From Geosiphon pyriformis uo1 (lineage: Eukaryota; Fungi; Glomeromycota): a DNA stretch of 64,000 bases. Shown in pieces: positions 12,892-25,100 of this stretch; the first letter of the stretch is position 1; every line of letters starts with the position of its first letter. Below the pieces are notes generated by a model, which worked only from the letters and a program-made list of their open reading frames with translations, was not told where the DNA came from and did not search any database. The stretch covers positions 744,001 to 808,000 of the forward strand of contig JAAOMT010000502.1 of assembly GCA_016748015.1 (NCBI GenBank), in the 5' to 3' direction. A program made the position numbers and the translations under genes.

Positions 12892-13555
12892 TGTTACAGT
12901 TGAAACTCATAGTTTTTATTAGTTATCACATGTATTAGCCACTAATGTCATATAATTAGCCACCCTATTTTTAAATAGTGATCATTGACCAGATCAATGA
13001 CCTGACTGTTGACCTGATCATTGACCACTTTTGATAGCTATATAAGTAATGAATTTCTTAGCTGTAGAAAAGCATGTAATAACAAGTATCTGAATAATCA
13101 AGAATAAATAAAATAACACTTTCATCTCAATCCTTCTCTTATCACTAATTTCCCTTTCCCTACCCTCAAGTATCTGAACATCTTAAAGATAAAAGATTAC
13201 TTGTTGGCTTTTTTCTAACATATATAATTGTAGCATTTGAAAATTATTTGTATAAACATGACTGAAAAGCACAAGTTAATACCTGATATTGAATTCTAAG
13301 AGTGCCAATGTAAGGCATAGAATTATACTAGTGGTGATCAATTGTTGACAGTACAGACTATCCCTCTACCTTCAGATTCCCCAGTTACCTTTAAAAAAAA
13401 TAGCGACTGAAATATTTTATAAGACTGATCTTGCACATTGAATCCATACTCATTCAATTTGCTCTTTAAAGTTGAAATTCCCTTTGATTATTTTTATCAC
13501 TCTACAATTCTGTTCTCCCTTGCTATCCGTTAGCTTGTTACTCCAACCCGTAACA
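12892..13555 (+). repeat. 5' LTR of B1
   Basis: tgttacagttgaaactc...ccaacccgtaaca; 4 units of the 12-bp repeat. Confidence 0.95.
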
Positions 13556-13561
13556 TAAAAG

Positions 13562-13578
13562 TGGTGCTCCCTGTGAGG
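13562..13578 (+). promoter_or_regulatory. primer binding site, family B (tRNA-Ile(UAU)-like)
   Basis: TGGTGCTCCCTGTGAGG, also at 37682, 41127 and 47472; complement resembles the 3' end of eukaryotic tRNA-Ile(UAU) (CCTCACnnGGAGCACCA). Confidence 0.8.
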
Positions 13579-13607
13579 TTGTCAAAATTCACTTTGTTTT
13601 CTATTGT

Positions 13608-15085
13608 ATGGATGATTATTCATACCTGCCACAACAATCAGAACACTTTAAAGCACACAACAAAAACAATCTAGACTTTATTGAACTCAATCCTTTGCCC
13701 TCCTGCTTGATTTGCTTTCCTATTGAAGAACAATCCAGCAGACAATTCCAAGACTTTTGGAACTGGTTCTTGAACAAGCATTCAGCTAAAACTTACACAG
13801 CTTATACAATCTATTACTTTGACCAAGCTTATTTTAAAAATGACTTTGAAGAAAGAAACAACAGTATCAATCAGTTTTTATATTCTGCAATCTTTGAACA
13901 ACAGCTCCCTAATTTTGAATATCTGAATCATCAAATCCACATTTGGATTGCTGTCCATCAATCAACAGAAACTCCTCTTGAAACAGAAGAAGAAAGCTAT
14001 CAAACTGCTCCTGTTTTTAATCTCTTTTTAAGTGAATCAGAACACTTTACACAAACAGTTACACCTAAACCAATGGCTCAAGACCCTCTACAACAAAACA
14101 TTCTGATTGCCCTCCAAGGTATACAGACTGCTTTAGAGCAAAGAAACAACACCTCATTACCATTATTCATAGATGATGCCCAAGATCCAATTGAATGCTT
14201 GGATAACTTTGAGAGAGCTGCTACAGCCAACCAATACAATGATGAATACAAGTTTCAAATTGTTGGTGGCTACCTCCAAGGCTCTCCTGTTACATGGTTT
14301 TCACAGGAAACTGATGCTAATGCCCATCAAAAAATCATTAGATGGATGCCAGCAAATGCTGGAGAAAACAACACCTCTTTCACAACCCAGTTTGAAAACA
14401 AGTTCAAAACTCCAATCTTGATATCCAAGTGGTGCATGGAATTAGAAAAAAGAACCCAAGGCCCAGGAGAAGTGGTAACTGAATATGCCAAAGCAATCAG
14501 AAAATTGATCAAGCATGTAGACTCTGGAAGGAACTAGACAGAAGAGCAAAAAATTCATTCCTTCATGAAAGGACTGAGAACTGATTTATCTTATGCTCTT
14601 TGGCCTCTTTTGGCTCTAAAAGATAACCCTACAATGGACATGGCTATTGAACTTGCCCAACAAATTGAAGACAACCAAAGAATGCATTTGGGGTCTATAC
14701 TTTTAGTTTTTGCTCCTGTTCCTGTCATGGCTCCTGCTCCTCAAATGGCTGCTACTTCTTTTGCTGTTCAAACTCAAGACCCAAATGAACAGTTAATAAA
14801 TAGACTTACAGCAAATCTTGCTTGGCTATTAGAATTATTAGCCCAAGCAGTCAGAGATAACCAATAACCCCAAAGACCCAGATTTGAACTACACTTCAAT
14901 CAACCTTAACAACCATCTTATCAAAGACAACAAAATCGTGGCCCACCTGTGTGCTATTGCTGTGGATTAACTGGACATTTTTCAAGAAATTGCAACAATC
15001 TTCTCTTACCCCCTCCAGCTTCCAGAAACAATGATAACCAAAACAACAGAACCATTAACAACAATGCCTCTAATCAAAGACCTAA
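13608..15085 (+). pseudogene. gag: gag of B1 (stops, truncated)
   Basis: QDPIE.LD.FERAA.AN, QGPGEVVTEY capsid motifs; zinc knuckle CYCCGLTGHFSRNC. Confidence 0.9.
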
Positions 15086-16845
15086 CCTTTCATCCTTCAC
15101 ACTAATGCATCTGGCTATAGACTTGGTGCTGTTTTCTCACAAAAAGATGAAGATGGCAGGGAACATGCAATAGTCTATGCCAGTAGAACTCTTACACCAG
15201 CAGAAAAGAACTATTCAGTTACTGAGCAGGAATGCTTAGCAGTAGTTTGGGCTATCAACTACTGGGATAAGTATCTTCTTGGTGTGAAGTTTTTGGTGGT
15301 AACAGATCACCAAGCTTTGGTTTGGCTGTGCAACAAGAAAAGACTAGAACATAAATAGATAGCCCGCTGGATACTCCACTTGGATGAATTCAACTATGAT
15401 ATTCAATACTGTAAAGGAGCTAATTATCAAAATGCTGACACTCTCTCCAGACTTACTACCAAGTGACAGTACAATCTCCCAAATCAAACCAACCTAATTA
15501 TTAGTAATTCTCTTACAACCAAACACGATAATGGACTTGGACAACTACTCTGCCTTAATGAAATTTTTGGGTAAAAGACAATACCCACTGGAATACACTC
15601 GATAGCAAAGAGAACATTTATGCAAACAATCAAATTTTTATTTGATCCACCAAAACCAATTATATAAAAGAAATAGAAAAGATCCTGACTGCTCCCAGAG
15701 AGTCATAAAATTTGAAGAAAGAGAAATTGTGATCTACAACATGTATAATGATCTATTAGCTGGACACTTTGGAAAAACAAAAACAATTCAGAAAACTCTA
15801 GCTCACTATTATTGGCCTACTTTGGGAAAAGACATTGCTAAGTATATCAAAACCTGTGATACCTGCCAAAGAAAAGGAAAACTCAATCGCAAAGAAGACA
15901 TACATCCAATTTCTGTTGGCCAACCATTTGACAGGATTGGTATAGATGTTGTTGAACCATTAACAGTAACTCCTGATGGCAACAGATACATTATCACAGC
16001 TACTGACTATCTTACAAAGTGGGTAAAAACAAGAGCCACCCCAGATCAAACAGCAGTTTCCATTGCTAATTTCATTTATGAAGATATCATTTGTTGCCAT
16101 GGCTGCCCCAAAGAACTTTTATCTGATAGAGGAAGAGCTTTTCTCAGTACACTGGTTGAAGAACTTTGTAGAAAAATGGGAATATGTCACAAACTTTTCT
16201 CCTCTTATCACCCCTAAACAAATGGCCTAGTAGAACGTTTCAATAAAACACTGTGTGAAATCTTAGCCAAAACAAGTAAAGAAACAAACTTATGGGACAA
16301 AGTACTGCCTTCAGCTTTGTTTGCTTATAGAACTGTGAATCATGACATAACAAGTTATGAACCCTTTTACCTGCTCTATGGATAAATGACAACACTACCA
16401 ATAGAAACTGATATTGAGACAATATCCTTTGAAGAAATCACAATAGAGAATTACAAAGACATTTTGCAAAGAAGACTTGGTACCATTCTTGACTCATTGA
16501 TAGAGGCATAGATAATTGCCTTTGAAAAGATAAAACAGTTCCAAGAGAAGCTTAAGAAAAAGAAAACCTATAAAACACTTTCCTTAAGCATTGGTGACTT
16601 GGTTTTGGAATACTGTTCAGACAAAAACAATATCTATGGTGATAAATTCTCTAGCCAATGGAAAGAACCCTTTATATTCAACAAAGTTCTGAACAATGGT
16701 TCTTATATTCTTTAAGATCAATCTGGAACAATCTTTAATGATTGTCTTGTTTATAGCATGTGACTTAAGAAATATCACAAATGATCTGATTGGTTACCTG
16801 TTGTGGTAATACTGATCCAAATGATCAGCAAAAATCAGATATAAA
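15086..16845 (+). pseudogene. pol: RNase H (to TGA 15466) and separate integrase ORF (from ATG 15531) of B1
   Basis: YASRTL, NYSVTEQECLA, NADTLSR; HHCC and DDE integrase motifs. Confidence 0.9.
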
Positions 16846-16885
16846 TAAATGCACCACTCCCAAAACAGAAGTATCTTCAATCGAA

Positions 16886-17542
16886 ATGAACAATTATTTT
16901 CTGGATCAAAACATTCAAAACGCTTTCTATACTCTTCATGAGTATTGGATTAAAAACTATCCAAATGCTACTCTAACCATTGGAAAACAAACTACAATAA
17001 CTGACAACAGTGGAACACATACTGTTATCAGACCAAGGAAAACAACTACCAGAAAAGAAAGAATTGGTAGCAAAATGGATAAGTATTTGCTGAAAAGTAT
17101 AACAGTAGCAATACTTGCACCTTCCATTACAATTAGAAAAACAATTAAAGAAATCTTGCCCATAGACAAAAACTTGTCATATGGAAGACAACTAGAACTC
17201 TATGGTTACCTTGGTGAAATCATAGAAGACATGAAGCTCATGAAGAAAACAACTTCTGAGATACAAGTGGAAATTTTGGACATTGTACAATTAGATGTCC
17301 CAAAAGTTTTGACCATTGCAAGAAGAGCCAAAACTTTTATACAAAGATTTGGTCTCTTGGACACAAAGCTCATTTCGTCTCAAGTTTTATATACCTTATC
17401 CACAAAAAACTTTAACAAACTAATTAGTTTTGAGTTAGATAAAACCCTTCAAATAGAGTATCTCCTAAATAGTTTGATTTTGCCAGAGCTCAATCTCTTT
17501 GGAGAGGATGATGTTATGATTGAAACTCATAGTTTTTATTAG
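16886..17542 (+). CDS. family B accessory protein, 218 aa, unknown function (open in this copy)
   Basis: Open frame from the conserved ATG (MNNYFLDQNIQNAFY) through the PPT into the 3' LTR; homologues at 18258, 53170, about 55270 and 61363(-). Confidence 0.8.
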   Translation: MNNYFLDQNIQNAFYTLHEYWIKNYPNATLTIGKQTTITDNSGTHTVIRPRKTTTRKERIGSKMDKYLLKSITVAILAPSITIRKTIKEILPIDKNLSYGRQLELYGYLGEIIEDMKLMKKTTSEIQVEILDIVQLDVPKVLTIARRAKTFIQRFGLLDTKLISSQVLYTLSTKNFNKLISFELDKTLQIEYLLNSLILPELNLFGEDDVMIETHSFY

Positions 17543-18142
17543 TTATTACATGTATTAGCCACTGATGTCATATAATTAGCCACCCTATTTTTAAATAGTA
17601 ATCATTGACTTGATCAATGACCTGACCATTGACCTGATTATTGACCACTTTTAATAACTATATAAGCAATGAATCTCTTAGCTGTAGAAAAGCATGTAAT
17701 AACAAGCATCTGAATAATCAAGAATAAATAAAATAACACTTTCATCTTAATCTCAAGTATCTGAACATTTTAAAGATAAAAAATTACTTGTTGGTCTTTT
17801 TCTGACATATATAATTGTAGCATTTGAAGATTATTTGAATAAACATGACTGAAAAGTACAAGTTGATACCTAATATTGAATTCTAAGAGTGCTGACATGA
17901 GGCATAGAATTATACCAGTGGTGATCAATTGTTGACAGTACGGACTATCCCTCTACCTTCAGATTCCCCAGTTACCTTTAAAAAGAATAGCAACTGAGAT
18001 ATTTTATGAGACTGATCTCACACATTGAATCTATACTCATTCAATTTGCTCTTTAAAGTTGAAATTCCCTTTGATTATTTCCATCACCCTACAATCCTGT
18101 TCTCCCTTGCTATCTGTTAGCTTGTTACTCCAACCTGTAACA
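17512..18142 (+). repeat. 3' LTR of B1
   Basis: Preceded by PPT ggagaggatga (17501-17511); matches the 5' LTR apart from transitions and a short deletion. Confidence 0.95.
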
Positions 18143-18576
18143 ATATCATAAATGACCTGATTGGTTGTCTGTTGTGATAATACCAACTTAAATAATCAGC
18201 AAAAATTAAGTATAAATAAAATACACTATTTCCAAAACAGAGATATCTTCAATTGACATGAATAATTATTTTCTGGATCAAAACATTCAAAATGTCTTCT
18301 ATACTCTTTATAAGTATTGAATTAAAAACTATCCAAATGCTACTCTGACCATTGAAAAGCAGACCACCATAATTGATAACAGTAAAACACATATTGTTAT
18401 TAGACTAAAGAAAACAACTACTAGAAGAAAAAGAATTGGTAGCAAAATAGATAAATACTTATTGAAAAGTATAATAACAACTATACTCCTATCTTCCAGT
18501 ATAATTGGAAAAACACTCCAAGAAATCTTGTTCATAGACAAAAACTTGTCATATGAAAGACAATTAGAACTCTATA

Positions 18577-18986
18577 AGTTGTCTTCAAAATAAGCTTGAG
18601 ATCTAACACAAAACTTTTTTTCTTCTAATTTTTATGATCAAGACTAGAACTAAGAATAAAAAAGCTACAAACATTACTTTTCTTATAGTAACTAATAAAG
18701 TTTTAATAAGAGAGAGTCTTTCTGTTATTGAAGCAGCTAGACAAAACGTTTTGGCTATATATTCTTTAAAGAATATTAGTAAAAAGCTGTCTTTAACAGC
18801 TTTTGATTTATTTTTTTCACCTTTGGCTAATAGTTCTTTTCCAGTTAAAGTTTCTTCCAAAAGACACACTTGGGTTAGTTCTAGTGTTGTTTTTACTACT
18901 TCTAAGAGCCCAAAGATTTTTAATAACAGACCAGTCAACAAATTAGTCTTTTTTGCTCTTACTACTCTTATTACTACTACTACTAC
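18577..18986 (+). mobile_element. Family C copy C2, 5' part (interrupted by B2)
   Basis: ORF start MIKTRTKNKKATNITF matches C3 MTTNRAKSKKVANITF; 5' motif aaaacttttttcttct. Confidence 0.88.
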
Positions 18987-21944
18987 TGTTATGGTTAAAA
19001 CTTATATTTTTTATTAATTATCACATGTATTAGCCACTGATGTCACATAAATTAGCCATTCTATTTTTAGAAAGTGATTATTGACTTGATCAATGACCTG
19101 ACCATTGACTTGATCATTGACCTAATTATTGACCTAATCATTGATCTAGTCGTTGACCTGATCATTGACCACTTTTAATAGCTATATAAGTGATGAATTT
19201 TTTAGCTGTAAAAAAGCATGTAGAAATCAAGAAAATCAAATAAATAAAATAACAACTTTCATTTCAATCTTTCTCTTATCACTAATTTCCCTTTCTCTAC
19301 CTTAAAGTATCTGAACATCTTGAGATAAAAGATTACTTGTTGGTTATTCTTTACTTTTTTCCTAAAATGTGTAATAGCAGCATTTGAAGATTATTGAATA
19401 AAATGTGACTGAAGAGCACATCTGATACCTGATATTGAATTATAAGAGTGCTGATGTGAGACATAGAATTATACCAGACATGATCATTTGTTAACAGTAT
19501 GGACTATCTCTCTACCTTCAGATTTTCTGGTTATCTTTTGAAAAGTATAGTAACTGAGATATTTTATGAGATTGATCTCACATATTGAATCCATACTTAT
19601 TCAATTCACTCTTTGAAGTTGAATTTCTTTTGATTCCTTTTATCACCCTACAATCTTGTTCTCTCTTGCTATCCATTAGCTTGTTACTTCAATCCATAAC
19701 ATAAAAGTGGTGCTTTCTGTAAGGTTGTCAAAATTTACTTTGCTTTTTATTATATAAATGATTATTCATACCTGCCACAACAATCAGAAGAACACTTTAA
19801 AGCATACAACAAAAACAATCTAGACTTTATTGAACTCAATCCTTTGTCCTTCTGCTTGATTTGCTTCTCCATTGAAAAACAATCCAGCAGACAATTCTAA
19901 GACTTTTGAAACTGGTTCTTGAACAAGCATTCAGCTGAAATCTACACAGCCTATACAACTTATTACTTTGATCAAGCTTATTTTGAAGACAACTTTGAAG
20001 AAAAAAACAACAGCATTAATCAGCTTTTATATTCCACAACCTTTGAACAACAGCCCCTTAATTTCGAATATCTGAATCATCAAATCCATACTTGGATTGC
20101 TGTCCATCAATCAACTGAAACTTCTCTTGAAACAGAAAAAGAAAGCTATCAAACTGCTTTTGTTTTTGATCTCTTTTCAAGTAAATTAGAACATTCAACA
20201 CAAACAGTTACTTCTGAACTAATGACTAATGATCTTATGCAACAGAACATTCTGATTGCCCTCTAAGGCATACAAACTGCTTTGGGAAGAAGAAACAACA
20301 CTCTATTATTCTTGTTTAGAGGTGATGCACAAGATCCAATTAAATGGTTAAACAATTTTGAAAGAGCTGCCACAGCTAACCAATATGATAATAAATATAA
20401 GTTCCAAATTGTTGATGGCTACTTTCAAGGCTCTTCTGCTATTTGGTTTTCACAAGAAACCAATGCCAATGCTCAACAAAGAATTATTAGATGAGCACCA
20501 GCAAATGCTGGAAAAAACAACACCTCTTTTACTACCCAGTTTGAAATAAAATTTAGAACTCTTATCTTGATATCTAAATGGCACATGGAACTAAAAAGAA
20601 GAATCCAAGGTCTTGGTGAAGTAGTAACTGAATATGCCAAAGCCATCAGAAAATTAATTAAAAGAGTAGACTCTGAAAGAAACTGGACAAAAGAACAAAA
20701 GATTCATTCCTTTACAAAAAGATTGAGAACAAATCTGTCTTATGCTTTTTGGTTCCTTTTGGCCCTGAAAGACAATTCCATAATGGACATGGTCATTGAA
20801 CTTGTCCAACGAATTGAAAACAACCAAAGGATGCACTTGGGATTCACACTTCCAGTTTTTGCTCCTGCTTCTATTATGGCTTCTGCTCCCCAAATGGCTG
20901 TTACCTTTTTTGCTGCCCAAACTCAAGACCCAAATGAACAGTTAATAGATAGACTTACAGCTAATTTTGCCCAGTTACTGGAACTCTTAGCTCAAGCAGT
21001 CAGAGAGAATCAACAACCCCAAAGACCCAGATTTGAACCCTGTTTTAATCAATCCCAGCAACCCCCTTATTAAAAACAACAAAATCATAGCCCACCTGTG
21101 TGTTATTGCTGTGAATTAACTGGATATTTCTCCAGAAATTGTAACAATTCTCCCTTGCCTCCTTCAGCTCCCAGAAACAATGACAATCAAAACAACAGAA
21201 TTATCAATAACAATGTTCCCAACCAAAGACCTAATCATGCCAACATCAATTTTTTTGAAGAGGATCTCTTAAAGTGCAAGCCAACCAAAAGAAAATCTCT
21301 TTTATGCTTTTAACCTAACTAATGATGACCATGACATGGATAAACTAACAATCACCACTTTTGAAACAACAAGAAAGAAGAAGAAAGCCAAAGTTGATTT
21401 TGTTATAGATCCAAAAAAAGCCTCCACATTAACTGTTGATAACAATAAGCCACTAAAGGCCAAAGTTTTCAAGTATTCTCCAAAGTTGGAACCCCCAGAA
21501 ATAGTACAAAAATCTGGTCCTTATTCTGTTGTCAAAGATCTCATGGAAATGTTTGCTCACATTACCTTTGGCCAGTTAATGACTCATTCCCAATTCAGAA
21601 AAAACCTTTACAAATCTTTGATTCCTAAGAAAAAGATACCAAAGACCAACAAGCACCCATACCAAGCTGGACTTGCTGACAACAGCAATATTATTTCTCT
21701 CATTTGTAAAGCCCAAGTGGCTGGTTACTTTATTGATCTGATCCTGAACAGTTGATCATCTGTTAGTGTTATTGCTAAATACTTTTTAGAAGCAATTGGC
21801 AGAAAGATTGATGAATCATCTACAAGACCAATGACCAATGTACATAGTAACAAGAAGAAAGGTCTGAGCATAGCCAAAGCTGTTCCTGTCTGAATCAATG
21901 GCATTAGTATTGAAACTAACATGGAAGTATCTGAAGCAAAAGAA
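18987..21944 (+). mobile_element. Family B copy B2, 5' part (LTR 18987-19701, gag, protease start); continues at 58361
   Basis: LTR, PBS, gag; protease sequence stops at tctgaagcaaaagaa (21930-21944), which recurs at 58361-58375. Confidence 0.93.
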
Positions 21945-22129
21945 AAAAACTTTTTTTTCTCTCTTTGACTCTACCACACAATTTACTTTTTTTTTTTTTG
22001 TTAATGTGTAGTCATGCTGGTTTTTTATTAGTTTAGCCACACTTAAAAAAGCATGACCTTTTCATAAAGCCAACTCACCCAATAATCTAAATTACAAGAT
22101 GCGGTTAACCACTAAGTGGTTATTCCTAA

Positions 22130-25100
22130 CTACATGCTAGTATAACCAAAAAATCTATGAGGTATCACACTATTACACAAAGTACTCCTATCACAAAAAA
22201 CATTAGTCAGTATATCATTACACTGTGTGGACACATCACCTATTTTGACTATGGGTTCGCCACTAACTTTATCACTATCCCTTGAAATGCTATGTATACT
22301 GGAACCACCAGTTGGATTTTTCTTGATCTTATTATCAATACTCATTGATTTTTTCTATTCAGTTTGCAATTTGCAACATTCTTCCCACAATCTATTTCTT
22401 GCTTGAGTAACTGCCCATTTACACACCTTAATTAATACATTATTACTAATCCTTAGGTCAATGTCAAAAAAAGCATTGATCCTTCCAAATTGTTTATTGA
22501 TTAGCCTTTTACATAGCAGATCTATGTTAGACATTGACATGATGTATTTATTAGACAGTACAAGCTTCTCATCAGTATTATAGGCTTTGCATCCCCCTCT
22601 TACAGCCTCTGAAAGGCACTGTATCCACTTATCTTTTACATCATCAATCAGTGTTTTGCCCTCTTGGGTATTCAGAGAGCATTCCCAAAAGTGCTGGTTG
22701 GTTTCTACTTCCCTGTGACATGTCTTACAAAGATTATTCTAGTATACATGAGGACGTCTGTTGTATAGCACCTCTGTTGTTGGCAGCATGTTGTGAAATG
22801 ATTTCATAATAAATGTGTGCATTGCTGAAGAACCAGCTGAGGTGAAGCCAGATAATATCTTTCTATTCCAGTTCCAAATCTTGGTTGTGTATATCCAGTC
22901 TATATTTTGGTCTAAAGATCCTATTGTCTCTTGGACTTTGTTGTTGCCTATCCAGTCTAAAGCTGATTGAAGACTAGCCTGTTTGTTCAGAAAATGCCTG
23001 ATGTTCAGATCCAATTCAACTCTTCTACAAACAGAAATGTATGCAGTCTCCTTAGTATTGTAGACCCACCTCATTGTATCAAGAGTAGTAGATTCTTTGG
23101 CTAGTTTGTCAGCCTTCTCATTTTCTAATATACCAGCATGTGCAGCCACTTTTTTCATGTTGAGATCAATCCTCTTTTCCCTTATTATCACTCTGATTGC
23201 ATTCCATGTGCACCAGTTTGAAGTTTTGAGCTGATTTCTAATAGACAGGAGAGAATCTTTGGACAACCATCTTTGAGTCGTTGCCATCACCACTTAACTA
23301 TCCATGTTTATTGTTAGTTTGCATCTGTAAGGTACTGCTTTCAAAGCTAGCAATACAGCCTTTGTCTCTGCTTTTGTCAATGATAATATTCTATCAATTG
23401 CTATACCAAATTTGGCCTCTATTCCATGTGTTATAAAACCAGCTGCTCTCCTTGCTTTCTCAGAACCAGCTCTTACCATTGAGCCATCTGTTGATATTTC
23501 TATTTCTTTCCTGAGTCTTAACTTCTCTCATACACACTTCCATTGTGTTAGTAAAGTGTTAGGGATATGGATATAAATAGTGTCTCTTTGCATTGTTCCT
23601 AAATCATCTGGTATTTGGTTAGTCAGTATGTGCATATCCAATGTCTCACATTGTGCCACATCAATGTTTCTGTACTCATCCATAATGATTGTAGATTCTA
23701 AAATCTTAAACCATCTGGGAATTCTACTACAATCACTTTTTCTGTACTTCTTTGTGAAGTCCATTCATGTCATCAATGACTCATCTTTGTTCTGTATCTG
23801 ATGCAAGTACAACATGTTTTCTTTTCTTAGTAAGCTTCTAACTTTAATGTAGGTTTCACTTGAAGGTAAGATAGACTCAATTAAATATGTCTGTGGTCTT
23901 GAAGATTCAGGTACCCCATGTGTATTACCATTGCTCTTGAATGAGATGCCTTTTTTTTCCATCATCTGTATAATATTTGCTATAAGATTAACCTCTGGCT
24001 TAGATTGTTCATTAGTGGGATATTCAAGTATACTATGAGCTAATCATCTCTGTGCCTGCAAGTTGGCTAGTCTAATTTTTGTAGCCATTCCAGCAATATC
24101 AGCACTGTTCAATCTGACTAACAAATCTGTGATCTTGCTTTTCACTTGTATATCATCAATTTTGAACAAATTATACAAGGATGAGTGATGCATGGCACTG
24201 ACTGGGAAATCTACTGAAAGTTTTGCTTTTTTCTTCACAGTGGCTGAAATCTTTGAAGTCCATTTTCTAGCCCAGCTATTAGGAATATGAGTCAACTGAG
24301 ATCTGAATTCAATAGCTGGACTGAGTATACTGTTAAAAATGTAAATGGCCTGTTTCTCAGTTATGTGTTTTTTCCTGATGACTGCACACACTGCTTCAAT
24401 GTCAGATCCTATCAAATACATGTAGATGGATCCAACAATTTCAAGATTTGTTTGTCTGGACCAAATTTTAGTGGCTCAACCATTGAAGATCTCCCTTTGG
24501 AGGGTCTGACCACTATTGTCTTAGTCTTATCTAAGTTGATCTCAATATCTACCATTCTAAAAAAAGAACTGGCTGTGTTCAAAATACTTTGCATCCCTTG
24601 TCTTGAGTTAGCTATCCACACTGTGTCATTGACAAAGGCAAGGTAATTCACTGACATCAACAGAGATTGTGTATCTAATTGATTATCCCACTTTTTCCAT
24701 GCTGCTGTCAGTTTGTATCCCTGACTATAATTGGCTTGTTTTACTTCACACAGTAAGGGGTCATAGAAAATTCTCCACATAATGGGTGAGCTTGTTTCCC
24801 CCTGATCCAGTCTATCTTGTACTTGATATTCGTCACTTAACCCAAATTCAGTTATGATCCTGTTGCTTCTATTGTTGTGCATCAAGCCAAACAACTCAGT
24901 AAACCTATTGTTCATCTTAATTCTCTTTAGTGCAACTTCCATGGGTTTCCATCCTACTGAATCATATGCCTTTTTCATGTCCTGAAATGTAAACCAAGCC
25001 TCATTACCAAATTCCCTTGCATGTTCAGCTACAGCATTAATCACATGAATAGGCACTGCTGTGGAGGTATTCTTTAATACTGAGGTATTGTAACCTTTTA

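Larger units (their letters stand above)
12892..18142 (+). mobile_element. Ty3/Gypsy family B copy B1, two LTRs, internally deleted (no protease or RT)
   Basis: LTRs 12892-13555 and 17512-18142, ATAT TSD at 12888-12891 and 18143-18146, gag joined directly to RNase H at about 15085. Confidence 0.95.
12844..18576 (+). mobile_element. Family B host copy B0: integrase end and accessory ORF fragments (12844-12891 and 18143-18576), split by B1
   Basis: The two flanks join into the family B sequence ctcaaaaaatatcataaatgacctgattgg. Confidence 0.85.

Noticed and set aside
16886-17542. env gene
   Set aside because: Env-like position but no signal peptide, furin-plus-fusion peptide pattern or transmembrane helix visible
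21255-21290. Spliced gag-pol junction in B2
   Set aside because: The deletion removes the slippery site but does not restore the pol frame and lacks GT-AG ends; single copy
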